From: Acholeplasma sp.
GTDB taxonomy: Bacteria > Bacillota_I > Bacilli_A > Acholeplasmatales > UBA5453
Direction of reading: 5' to 3'
NCBI GenBank assembly: GCA_036677365.1
Contig: JAVBWN010000025.1
Location: 14,301-78,300, forward strand
DNA: 64,000 nucleotides
In this document: positions 11,510 to 21,149 of the stretch, in pieces
How positions within the stretch are numbered: position 1 is the first letter of the stretch
Layout: each line of letters begins with the position of its first letter
Made by a program: the position numbers and the translations under genes
Notes under the pieces: generated by a model
The model's input: the letters and a program-made list of their open reading frames with translations, nothing else
What the model was told of the DNA's origin: nothing
Database searches by the model: none

Positions 11510-12382
11510 ATGCCAAAATTTCAAGCCGTCAGAACCAATCCCGATAAATTTCATCTATCGCAATTGCCTTATTTACTCATTGTATTGCCATTTGCGGCCG
11601 TCATGGTGCTGCCTTTAGCATACATTTTTAACCACGCGTTTAAACCATTTGATGAACTGATCGAATACCCACCAAGGTTCTTTGTTCAAAGACCGACTTG
11701 GGATAATTTCATCGAACTCTTCCAAGCATCGACAACCACGGGGATTCCCGTATCTAGGTATTTATTCAACTCGATCGTCATTACACTTTTGGTTGTATTC
11801 TTATCGATTTTCCTAAGCAGTATTACAGGATATGCCTTATCTAAAATGAAGTTTCATATCAACCGTGTGTTGTCTGAAATCAACACCATCGCGATGATGT
11901 TTGTCGGTACTGCAGTCATCATCCCGCGTTATATCATCACCGAAAGTTTTGGTTTGGTGGATACCTTCTGGGTTCACATCATCCCAGCACTGGCTGTGCC
12001 GATTGGGCTATTCTTAATCAAACAATTCATTGATCAAATACCCAATGAACTGATAGAAGCGGCGAAAATCGATGGGGCGACCCACTTTACGATTTATTTA
12101 AAAATCATTTTACCGCTCATCAAACCAGCCCTCGCTACCATCGCGATTTTATCGTTCCAATCGGTTTGGAACAACGCCGATGTGTCAGCGACTTACATCA
12201 ATTCAGACAGTTTAAGAACATTTGCTTATTACATGTCGACACTGTCCTCAGCGTCTAACCAAGTGGTTGGGATCGGGATGAGTGCCGCGGCCAGCTTGAT
12301 CATGTTCTTACCGAACTTAATCATCTTTATATTCCTACAAAGTAAAGTCATGAACACCATGGCTCACTCTGGGATTAAGTAG
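11510..12382 (+). CDS. carbohydrate ABC permease (MalG-type)
   Basis: EAA loop 'ELIEAAKIDGA'. Confidence 0.93.
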   Translation: MPKFQAVRTNPDKFHLSQLPYLLIVLPFAAVMVLPLAYIFNHAFKPFDELIEYPPRFFVQRPTWDNFIELFQASTTTGIPVSRYLFNSIVITLLVVFLSIFLSSITGYALSKMKFHINRVLSEINTIAMMFVGTAVIIPRYIITESFGLVDTFWVHIIPALAVPIGLFLIKQFIDQIPNELIEAAKIDGATHFTIYLKIILPLIKPALATIAILSFQSVWNNADVSATYINSDSLRTFAYYMSTLSSASNQVVGIGMSAAASLIMFLPNLIIFIFLQSKVMNTMAHSGIK

Positions 12383-12391
12383 GAGGCCATC

Positions 12392-14410
12392 ATGAAAAAA
12401 ATCATTGGATTGATGTGCATTCTCCTGGGCTTGAGCTTCCTATTTTCACCCATTAAAACAGAAGCTTCACAAGCGACGACAGGGATTCCATACAATACCT
12501 ACACTTTAGGGGAATACAACCGTTTGGTTCAAACCCAAACCGCCTACATTCCAGTCGGCACGTTGGGTCAATTGAATTTGAAAAACCCACAGGATATATA
12601 TCAAAAAAACAACCAGTTATTTATCGCTGACACCGGCAATAAACGTGTGTTATGGGTTGAACTCGATGGGTCAATCATCGATACATTCGATTCAGCTGAA
12701 TTTGTAACACCGACAGGTGTATTTGTCCATAACAATAATTTATACGTCGCGGATAAGGATGCGAGAACGGTATTTATCATCGATATACCAAGTAAAACCA
12801 TCCAAACCCGTATCACCAAACCAACCTCACCAATTTTCGGTGCGAACAATGCGTTTTTACCTACGAAAGTCGTGGTCGGTTCGAATGACGCGATTTATGT
12901 CGTGGGTGAAGGCTCTACGTCAGGGATCATTCAACTGAATTACGCGGGAGAATTTGTTGGGTATTTGGGTATCAACAGCGTTTCCATCAGCTTTAGAAAA
13001 TTCTTATACAATTTATTCGTGAAAGATTCCGATTTGGCATCTTCACTACCACCATCGCCAACCAATGTGGCTTTGGGTCAAAAAGGGTCAATACTCACCA
13101 CGAACATCAATTTCAGTCAATCGTTCAAACGTTTGAATATTTCCGGTGTGAATACGTTGTTATCGGATACCTTGTACCCAAGTACCGCACTCGCAGATAT
13201 TTGGATGAACGATGAAAATTACATTTATATGGTATCGACTGCCGGCGACATTTATGAATATGACGCCAATGGCCGTTTGTTATTTCAGTTCAATACCAAA
13301 GACAGTTCGATGAAACAAACCTTGGGGTTGACCAATACCCCATCGGGGATTACCACCGATGAGGCGGGTAATCTGTATGTATTAGACCGGATTTATAACA
13401 ACATTCAAATCTACCAAAGAACTGTGTTTGTAGATTTGGTTCATACCGCTGTTACCTTATATAACGAAGGTAAATATTTAGAGTCTAAACCCATTTGGGA
13501 AGAAATTCTAAGACAAAATACAGGGTTCGCTTTGGCACACGCCGCTTTAGGTGAAGCGTTGGTCAAAGAAGGTAATTTTGAAGATGCCTTAGCTGCGTTC
13601 TTTGAAGCGAAGGACTTGGCTGGTTACTCGAATGCGTACTGGGAAATCAGAAATATCGCGATACAAAATTACTTAGTTACTTGGGTATTGATTGGATTAG
13701 GTTTATTTGTTGTTTATAAGGTAATGAAAAATAGCGTCGAATATCTACCACTTTACAGAACAATCCAATCGAAACTAAAAGATTTCAATCAAATTGAAGT
13801 GGTATCGCAAATTAGATTGACCAAACAAATCTTTAAAAAACCAGCGGACTTGGTCTATTATGTGAAAAGGGAAAATAAAGGTGGATACCTCAGTGGGTTT
13901 ATCATCTTACTCGCATTCATCTCGGTTTATCTAGCCGATACGTATTTGTCGGGTTTCTTGTTTAGAAATCATTTTGTCGGCAATTTAATTCAAGAACTCA
14001 GTCTCGTATTGACCCTATTTGGTTTATATGTGGTGGTCAATTACTTGGTATCCACGTTCTCTGATGGTGAAGGTCGATTCAAAGATGTGTTTGTCATGTC
14101 TACCTACGCTTTGATTCCATATATTTTATTCATGCCAGGCATGACGATTTTATCGCATTTCCTCACTTACAATGAATCATTCATCTATACGTTCTACCAT
14201 CAAGTGGTATTCTATTACACCATTTTCTTATTCATCTATACGTTAAAAGAAGTACACAATTACACCTTGTTAGAAACCATCAAGAGTATCGTACTCATTG
14301 TATTTGGGATATTTATCCTCGTATTGATGGGATTACTGATTTACGCATTTATGGGTCAAGTGTGGGACTTCATCGTTTCCATCATTAAGGAGGTGATCTA
14401 CCGTGTCTAA
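12392..14410 (+). CDS. NHL-repeat/TPR protein fused to a C-terminal YIP1-like membrane domain
   Basis: Signal peptide; NHL repeats 'PQDI..LFIADTGNKRV', 'PTGVFV..LYVAD' and 'PSGITTDEAGNLYVLD'; TPR 'AHAALGEALVKEGNFEDALAAF'; YIP1-like 'DGEGRFKDVF' with several TMs. Confidence 0.75.
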   Translation: MKKIIGLMCILLGLSFLFSPIKTEASQATTGIPYNTYTLGEYNRLVQTQTAYIPVGTLGQLNLKNPQDIYQKNNQLFIADTGNKRVLWVELDGSIIDTFDSAEFVTPTGVFVHNNNLYVADKDARTVFIIDIPSKTIQTRITKPTSPIFGANNAFLPTKVVVGSNDAIYVVGEGSTSGIIQLNYAGEFVGYLGINSVSISFRKFLYNLFVKDSDLASSLPPSPTNVALGQKGSILTTNINFSQSFKRLNISGVNTLLSDTLYPSTALADIWMNDENYIYMVSTAGDIYEYDANGRLLFQFNTKDSSMKQTLGLTNTPSGITTDEAGNLYVLDRIYNNIQIYQRTVFVDLVHTAVTLYNEGKYLESKPIWEEILRQNTGFALAHAALGEALVKEGNFEDALAAFFEAKDLAGYSNAYWEIRNIAIQNYLVTWVLIGLGLFVVYKVMKNSVEYLPLYRTIQSKLKDFNQIEVVSQIRLTKQIFKKPADLVYYVKRENKGGYLSGFIILLAFISVYLADTYLSGFLFRNHFVGNLIQELSLVLTLFGLYVVVNYLVSTFSDGEGRFKDVFVMSTYALIPYILFMPGMTILSHFLTYNESFIYTFYHQVVFYYTIFLFIYTLKEVHNYTLLETIKSIVLIVFGIFILVLMGLLIYAFMGQVWDFIVSIIKEVIYRV

Positions 14411-16673
14411 ACAAATCATCTTAAAATTATGGATCATTTTGTCTGTCCTCGCCTTGGGTGTGGGGGTAAAAATCGCCATCGATAGTGCCGTGTTGACCTC
14501 GGCAGATCAACCATTACCGAGTTTTACCCAAATCACCGATTATGTATCATCGAACCGTTATACCCAGGTGGACGATTTGAGTGTAGCCGTAAGCCCATAT
14601 GTGGTTGACCCAGAACATACCGTCATTCCGACTGAACTTGGCAATGTCTATTTGGATATGAGTTCATTGTCATTCATGATTGAAAATGAACACGGGTATA
14701 TGTTTTCAAGCACCATCGATTACGCGACATCGGGTCTTTCGAACAACTGGCAACGCCGTGTGAGAAGTGCGATTCATATTTATTCGTATAACACCAATAC
14801 CTCAAACAATGCGAGAACAGAAGAATTCATTTTATCGGAAAATACCTCTAAAACCACACGCATCATCGACAATGGGTTTGAATCAACCATTCGTTTTGGT
14901 ATTTCTCGTATCGCCATCACCGTCAAAGTATTATTCTTGAACGATGGCATCACGGTGGAAATACCAAACGAATCCATCGTTGAAACAGGCAATTTTAAAC
15001 TCGCCTCGATTTATGTGTATCCGTATTTAGGTGCGGTTAGAGAAAATAGTACCCCTGGGTATATGTTCGTACCCGACGGGGTGGGTGCACTCATTCGCTA
15101 TCCAGCCGCGTCTACGACCAATCCTTATGCAAAAGAATTTTATTCGCCAAATCTATCGTTCAATACCGAAACGAATTTAAACCGAATGATTTCTGAAGGC
15201 ACGCAACTTTACGCCCCTGTGTTTGGTTTTGTGCATGGGATCAACCAAAATGCGATGTTCGCTACCATTGAATCGGGTGCAGAAAATGGCGTATTAACCA
15301 TCAATTATGCGGGGGGACTCACCCCATATAACGCTATTTTCACCGAATTCATTTACCGCCGTATTTACAATCAACCGATCGATAAAGCCGGCAATGTCAT
15401 CACTTTGATGCAAGCCAATCGTAACCCAATCGATATCAAAATCAAATACCAGATGTTGACTGGTGAAGATGCGAATTATGTCGGGATGGCGAAAGCTTAC
15501 CGTGAACAATTGATTTCTACCAACCAACTCAACAGACAGTTACCACAAGTAAACGATTCACCGCTCAAACTCGAATCGATTGGTTTGGTGAAAAAAGATG
15601 GTATTTTGTTTGCTGATAACATCGTCATGACTACCGTTAAAGCACTCAGTGCCATGGTTCAAAGTTTATCTCTTGATGTGAATAACATCGTCGTTGCCTA
15701 CGATGGGTTTACCAACACTGGCGCATCTTGGGACGGCCCGAATTATGGTGGGTTATCCAACCGTTTGGGCAGTTCTAAAGATATTGAAACTTTAAAAGCA
15801 CAAGTAGCATCCTTGTATTTCGTGACGGATGCTTTGAAAGCCAGCAACCGTTCAGGTGACTATCAAGCCTTCACCGATTTGGCGAAAAAAATCAATGAAC
15901 AAAGTTATCGTTTCGTTGAATTAGACCACAACCGCTTTTTACTCAAACATTCTAAAGTCAAATCCAGTTATGAGTCTTCAGTCCATCGTCTATCGAAATA
16001 TGATATCGATGGGTTAGCGATGCATTCGCTTGGTAATACCTTATACGCCGATTATGGGACAGGGGTTAGTTTAGGTGATTCGATTGAGATTTTCCAAAAC
16101 ATGTTGAGTGATCGAACCGTTAAGACCGCACTGTATGATGCGTATGCTTATTTATGGGGAAGCATGGATGCGTATTTCGATATGCCGATGTATTCATCTC
16201 AATATTTAACGTTTAGTGATACCGTCCCATTCATCCCAATCGTATTGAAAGGGTCTATGGATTTATTCGGTTCGAACGCCAACTTCTATGATTACGCCAG
16301 AGATCAACTCTTAAGAAGCATCGACTATGGTGTAAACTTATCGTTTGTCGTCACACAAGCTTCATCGAAATCACTTCAAGATACCGCTTTACGACACATC
16401 TACACATCACGCTTTGAAGATATGAAACCCGCGATCGAAACTTACTACGCATTTGTCAACGGGGCATTGTCATTCGTTCAAGGTCAAACCATCGAATCGC
16501 GTGTGGTTTTACAAGATGGCGTCGTTAAAATCGTTTATGAAGACAACACCACCATTTATGTGAACTATTTAAATCAAATGGTCATCGCCGATGGCAGTGT
16601 GGTTTTACCTAAAAACTACATCGTCGTTAAAAATGGGGTAAAACTCTCTCTTACCATGGGAGGTGTCCTATGA
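14403..16673 (+). CDS. DUF5696-type membrane-anchored extracellular protein
   Basis: N-terminal TM; 'PYLGA..GYMFVPDGVGALI', 'PVFG', 'ANYVGMAKAYR' and 'VPFIPIVLKG'. Position typical for this ABC architecture. Confidence 0.75.
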   Translation: MSKQIILKLWIILSVLALGVGVKIAIDSAVLTSADQPLPSFTQITDYVSSNRYTQVDDLSVAVSPYVVDPEHTVIPTELGNVYLDMSSLSFMIENEHGYMFSSTIDYATSGLSNNWQRRVRSAIHIYSYNTNTSNNARTEEFILSENTSKTTRIIDNGFESTIRFGISRIAITVKVLFLNDGITVEIPNESIVETGNFKLASIYVYPYLGAVRENSTPGYMFVPDGVGALIRYPAASTTNPYAKEFYSPNLSFNTETNLNRMISEGTQLYAPVFGFVHGINQNAMFATIESGAENGVLTINYAGGLTPYNAIFTEFIYRRIYNQPIDKAGNVITLMQANRNPIDIKIKYQMLTGEDANYVGMAKAYREQLISTNQLNRQLPQVNDSPLKLESIGLVKKDGILFADNIVMTTVKALSAMVQSLSLDVNNIVVAYDGFTNTGASWDGPNYGGLSNRLGSSKDIETLKAQVASLYFVTDALKASNRSGDYQAFTDLAKKINEQSYRFVELDHNRFLLKHSKVKSSYESSVHRLSKYDIDGLAMHSLGNTLYADYGTGVSLGDSIEIFQNMLSDRTVKTALYDAYAYLWGSMDAYFDMPMYSSQYLTFSDTVPFIPIVLKGSMDLFGSNANFYDYARDQLLRSIDYGVNLSFVVTQASSKSLQDTALRHIYTSRFEDMKPAIETYYAFVNGALSFVQGQTIESRVVLQDGVVKIVYEDNTTIYVNYLNQMVIADGSVVLPKNYIVVKNGVKLSLTMGGVL

Positions 16674-17545
16674 AAAAGCCAATGGCTAGAGCCACCCGTG
16701 AGAATATTTATGGGTACATGTTCATCGGTATTTGGGTGTTGGGGTTCATCGTATTTATGGTCTACCCATTACTCACTTCCATTTATTACAGTTTAAATGA
16801 AGTCAGATTCACGGCGAATGGGATCAGAACCACATTTGTCGGGTTGGATAATTACTTAAAGATTTTCCAAATCGAACAAGGGTTTGTGTTTGTGGAATCC
16901 TTAACTGGGTTCTTACAACAAATGGTCTTACAAATTCCGGTCATCGTGGTATTTTCCATTTTAATTGCGTTATTGCTTAATCAAAAGATCAAAGGTAGAG
17001 GTATTTTTAGAAGTATATTTTTCCTACCTGTCATCATATCTTCTGGCCCAGTCATCAATGAACTCATTTCACAAGGGGCTGGGGGGACCAATATATTTGA
17101 TTCGTATGGTTTTATTTCAATTATCGAGTCAACTCTGAATCCTGGGTTAGCCAAACCCATCGTGGATTTATTCTCACAAATCATCATCATTTTCTGGTTC
17201 AGTGGGGTTCAAATCTTGATATTTATCGCAGGACTTCAAAAAATCGATGGTCAAATATATGAAGCCGCACAAATCGATGGCGCAGGACCGTGGCAATCAT
17301 TCTGGAAAATTACCATGCCATCGTTGTCGAGTTTGATTTTTGTCAATACGATTTACACCATTGTTCTACTGACCACATTCTCAGAGAATAAAGTCATCTT
17401 ATCGATCAAATCCAACATGTTTAATACGGTAACAGGGTTTGGCATGGCTTCAGCGATGGCGTGGATGTATGCATTGGTCGTATTCGTAACCATTGGTTTG
17501 GTCGCGTTCTTGTTTAGGACGAAGAACCCAAGAAGGAGGTTTTGA
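16670..17545 (+). CDS. carbohydrate ABC permease (MalF-type)
   Basis: 'IYEAAQIDGAGPWQSFWKITMP'. Confidence 0.93.
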   Translation: MKKPMARATRENIYGYMFIGIWVLGFIVFMVYPLLTSIYYSLNEVRFTANGIRTTFVGLDNYLKIFQIEQGFVFVESLTGFLQQMVLQIPVIVVFSILIALLLNQKIKGRGIFRSIFFLPVIISSGPVINELISQGAGGTNIFDSYGFISIIESTLNPGLAKPIVDLFSQIIIIFWFSGVQILIFIAGLQKIDGQIYEAAQIDGAGPWQSFWKITMPSLSSLIFVNTIYTIVLLTTFSENKVILSIKSNMFNTVTGFGMASAMAWMYALVVFVTIGLVAFLFRTKNPRRRF

Positions 17546-17547
17546 GG

Positions 17548-18468
17548 ATGCGAAATCGTAAAGCAACCATTCAAAAATTCTTTTTAGGGAGACATTTCAC
17601 CGATGGCATCTTATTTAAAGTTGCGATCTATGTCTTATTGATTTCGATTGGGTTTGTGTATTTATACCCAATGCTTTATATGATATCCAACAGCTTAAAG
17701 AGTCAAAGTGACATCATCAATCCGATGATCAACTGGATCCCTTCAGAGTTCTTTATGGGCAATTATCAAAGTGCATTTAGGGTATTAAATTACTTCAGTA
17801 CTTTTTATAAGAGCTTATTGGTAACATTATTACCTGCTTTGATTCAAACCGCAGTGACTTCCCTCATTGGTTATGGGTTCGCAACCTTCAACTTCAAGTT
17901 TAAAAAAGTGTGGTTGGTATTGGTGCTACTCACCTTCATCATCCCACCTCAAGTGTATATGATTCCAAGGTATGTGATGTTCTTTAGGCTATATTTATAT
18001 AGAACCCCATTTTCAATCATCTTACCGGCGTTATTTGGTCAAGGCCTCAATTCCGCCATCTTCATTTTGATTTTCTATCAGTTCTTTAGAATGATTCCCA
18101 GATCATTAAATGAAGCCGCTGAAATTGATGGGGCGAGCCAAGGGTATATCTTCTTCAAAATGGCAGTACCACTATCGGTGCCTGCGTACATCACTAGTTT
18201 CTTGTTTGGCTTGGTCTGGTACTGGAATGAAACGTATATTTCGTCTTTATTCCTAGATTCCAGCAGTGCCAATCTACAACTCAAGTTGGCGAATTTCGTC
18301 TCTGAATACCAGGCGGTATCGGGCGGGAATCAAAACTTAGTCATGCTCAATGAAGGTGTCCGCTTGGCGGCGACCTTACTCATCATCTTGCCGATGATCC
18401 TCGTCTACTTCACGATGCAACGCTGGTTCGTCGAAGGGGTCGAAAAGACCGGCATCACAGGAGAATAA
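17548..18468 (+). CDS. carbohydrate ABC permease (MalG-type)
   Basis: 'SLNEAAEIDGA' and 'QRWFVEGVEKTGITG'. Confidence 0.93.
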   Translation: MRNRKATIQKFFLGRHFTDGILFKVAIYVLLISIGFVYLYPMLYMISNSLKSQSDIINPMINWIPSEFFMGNYQSAFRVLNYFSTFYKSLLVTLLPALIQTAVTSLIGYGFATFNFKFKKVWLVLVLLTFIIPPQVYMIPRYVMFFRLYLYRTPFSIILPALFGQGLNSAIFILIFYQFFRMIPRSLNEAAEIDGASQGYIFFKMAVPLSVPAYITSFLFGLVWYWNETYISSLFLDSSSANLQLKLANFVSEYQAVSGGNQNLVMLNEGVRLAATLLIILPMILVYFTMQRWFVEGVEKTGITGE

Positions 18469-18470
18469 TC

Positions 18471-19817
18471 ATGAAAAAACTATTATTAATCGCGTTGGCT
18501 TTACTCACCATCACCGGCTTATACGGGTGTGGTGGGGGCAGTAAAGACCCATTCCCAGTCAATACGAAGAGTTACCGTACCGACGTCAGACAAGATGTCG
18601 ACGCGGTCGTGCTAGAAGAATTAGAACTCGCATTTGATTTTTTTTGGGAAACACAAAATACCAACACCACCCAAGCGGGTTATGGGTTAATTCCTGACCG
18701 CTACCATACCAATACCAATCAGATTGGTACTGTCGCGTCCATCGCCTCGGTCGGTTTTGGTTTAACCGCCATCCCAATTGGTGTTGAAAATGGCTTCATT
18801 ACGAGAGAAGAAGGCGAAGAACGCGCTTACCAAACCCTCGTATCGATGAGCAATCTCGACAGACGACATGGATTTTTCTTCCATTTCATGGACATGAAAA
18901 CCGGGGCGCGTGTTTGGGAAAGCGAAGTTTCCATCATCGATACCGCACTATTCATCAATGGGGCATTAACCGCAGGTCGTTTCTTTGGTGGTAGAACGGA
19001 AAAATTATCGAGAGAACTTTATGAAGCGATTGAATGGAATTGGTATTACGATGCCAGCCAAAGTCGTTTTTACATGGGTTATTGGCCAGAACGTGGTTTT
19101 GAAGGACATTGGGATTCATACGCTGAACAATTGATGTTGTATGTATTAGCCGCTGGCAGTCCAACTTATCCAGTGGGAAAGAGTGCCTATAACCGCATGA
19201 AGTTATCATCCACCCTACACTCTTCAACCCCAGAATACGGTGCATTTTATTCAACGCATACAGGCAGTTTATTCACACACCAATATTCACACGCTTGGAT
19301 TGATTTTTCTCAGTACAACGACGCCCAAGGGTTCAATTGGTTCACCAACAGTGTTCACGCCACAGAAGCAGCGATTGCTTACGCAAAAACACTGACAAAC
19401 ATTCACCCAGGTATCCATGAAAATTCTTGGGGCATGTCGGCAGCCGATGGTCCAAATGGTTATCGTGGTAATTATGGTAGCGGTCCATCCGCTGGCAATG
19501 CCCATTTCAACGATGGAACCGTACCAGCGTATGGTGCGATTGGGTCGATTGTCTTCAAACCTGAAGCAGCCATCGCCGCGATGAACAACTACCGCACCTT
19601 CCCACAATTTTTTAGTAAATATGGCTTTAAGGATGCGTATAACTTAAGTGTCGGCGTCAATGGTTGGTTCGCTAATGACATCATTGGCATCGATAAAGGG
19701 ATTTCCCTCGTCATGTTAGAAAACTACATGTCCGGTATGGTATGGAAAATCCACATGGAAATTGACTATATCGAAATCGGTTTAGAAAATCTTGGATTCA
19801 CCAAAGTAACAGAATAA
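18471..19817 (+). CDS. GH144 endo-beta-1,2-glucanase-like lipoprotein
   Basis: Lipobox 'LYGC'; 'AFDFFWE', 'ASIASVGFGL', 'EVSIIDTA', 'LFTHQYSHAWIDF', 'YGFKDAYN' and 'IGIDKG..LVMLENY'. Confidence 0.85.
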   Translation: MKKLLLIALALLTITGLYGCGGGSKDPFPVNTKSYRTDVRQDVDAVVLEELELAFDFFWETQNTNTTQAGYGLIPDRYHTNTNQIGTVASIASVGFGLTAIPIGVENGFITREEGEERAYQTLVSMSNLDRRHGFFFHFMDMKTGARVWESEVSIIDTALFINGALTAGRFFGGRTEKLSRELYEAIEWNWYYDASQSRFYMGYWPERGFEGHWDSYAEQLMLYVLAAGSPTYPVGKSAYNRMKLSSTLHSSTPEYGAFYSTHTGSLFTHQYSHAWIDFSQYNDAQGFNWFTNSVHATEAAIAYAKTLTNIHPGIHENSWGMSAADGPNGYRGNYGSGPSAGNAHFNDGTVPAYGAIGSIVFKPEAAIAAMNNYRTFPQFFSKYGFKDAYNLSVGVNGWFANDIIGIDKGISLVMLENYMSGMVWKIHMEIDYIEIGLENLGFTKVTE

Positions 19818-19825
19818 AAAAATGA

Positions 19826-19905
19826 CCCAATAAAGCCTAGGGTTTCAGTTGAAAACCCTAGGCAATTGGGGTAAAATATATGAGGTTAAACGTTTCAATT
19901 TAACC
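19826..19905 (+). promoter_or_regulatory. hairpin plus internal promoter and LacI-type operator
   Basis: Hairpin GCCTAGGGTTT/AAACCCTAGGC (19835-19863); promoter TTGAAA(19849)-17-TAAAAT(19872); operator-like AGGTTAAACGTTTCAATT (19883-19900). Confidence 0.65.
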
Positions 19906-19916
19906 AGGAGTGGACT

Positions 19917-21149
19917 ATGAAAAACCAATTGCTCATCGAGCGCATTCAAAAAACAGCCTTTGATTTTTTTATGGGAGAAACCAATTTTAACCCTGAACCC
20001 GGGTTCGGGATGACCGTCGATCACACCGAAAAACCCAACGTCGCTTCCATCGCTTCGGTTGGTTTTACATTATCAGCTTATGTCGTCGGTGTTTCACAAG
20101 GCTACATCGATTTAGAGGACGCTACTGAAAAGGTCATCCGAACGTTAACCACGCTGCGCGATCACGTCAGTCATTATCGTGGTTTTTTCGCCCACTTCAT
20201 CGATATCCATACCGCACAAAGACTTGGTCATTGTGAGTATTCAACCATCGATACCGCCCTCGCACTCAATGGTGTCATCACTGTCGATGCGTATTTTAAG
20301 AACGAAACGATTCATCAATTAGCGAAAGACATCATCGGTCGCATTGATTTTGATATGCTCATTCACACCCACGAAGGTAAGCCAAGGTTATACATGGCGT
20401 ATAATCCCGACAAAGATGGCGATTATGTCCATGGTAAACCGGGATTTATTCACCACTGGGGCATGTATGCAGAACAACTCATGATGTATGTCATGATTGC
20501 AGGACTCCACCACGACCACAACCTGTCCAATGCCTTATATGAAGGCTTTGACCGTATCTATAAATCGTATCAACAACACAAATTCATCATCACCCCAGGC
20601 AATACCTTGTTCGTATATCAATTTCCACTGGCTTGGTTAGATTTAAAAAACGTGATTGACCGAGACGGTATTTCTTGGTTTGATAACACCAAAAAAGCGA
20701 CCTATGCCCACCGTGCGTTTTGTTTAAGACACCAAAAAGAATTCAAGACATTCAATCAGTATAGTTTTGGTTTGACCGCCGGGTATACACCTACGGGGTA
20801 TTATGTCGCCAATGCCTTACCAAACTTGTTGGGTAAATACTATACGAATGGCACGATTTCACCTTCAGCCATTGTCGGTAGCCTACCGATGGCAGAAGAC
20901 ATTTGTCTACCGGCCATCAAGCATATGGCAAAACAACCAAAACTTTGGGGAAAATATGGTTTGGTGGGGTCTTATAACTATGAACAAGGGGTTTGGATTT
21001 CAACCAGAGATTATGCCTTAGATAAAGGCTTAGAACTCTTGATGGCCAATGCTTATTTAACAAAAGATGTTCAAAAAGCCTACATGAGTCATCCAATCAT
21101 TCAAAAAGGGATGGAGGTATTGGGATGGAAAAAAATCGAAAAGAAGTAG
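19917..21149 (+). CDS. second GH144-family beta-1,2-glucanase (cytoplasmic, no signal peptide)
   Basis: 'AFDFF', 'ASIASVGF', 'EYSTIDTA', 'YAEQLM', 'LFVYQF' and 'LDKG'; paralog of 18471. Confidence 0.8.
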   Translation: MKNQLLIERIQKTAFDFFMGETNFNPEPGFGMTVDHTEKPNVASIASVGFTLSAYVVGVSQGYIDLEDATEKVIRTLTTLRDHVSHYRGFFAHFIDIHTAQRLGHCEYSTIDTALALNGVITVDAYFKNETIHQLAKDIIGRIDFDMLIHTHEGKPRLYMAYNPDKDGDYVHGKPGFIHHWGMYAEQLMMYVMIAGLHHDHNLSNALYEGFDRIYKSYQQHKFIITPGNTLFVYQFPLAWLDLKNVIDRDGISWFDNTKKATYAHRAFCLRHQKEFKTFNQYSFGLTAGYTPTGYYVANALPNLLGKYYTNGTISPSAIVGSLPMAEDICLPAIKHMAKQPKLWGKYGLVGSYNYEQGVWISTRDYALDKGLELLMANAYLTKDVQKAYMSHPIIQKGMEVLGWKKIEKK

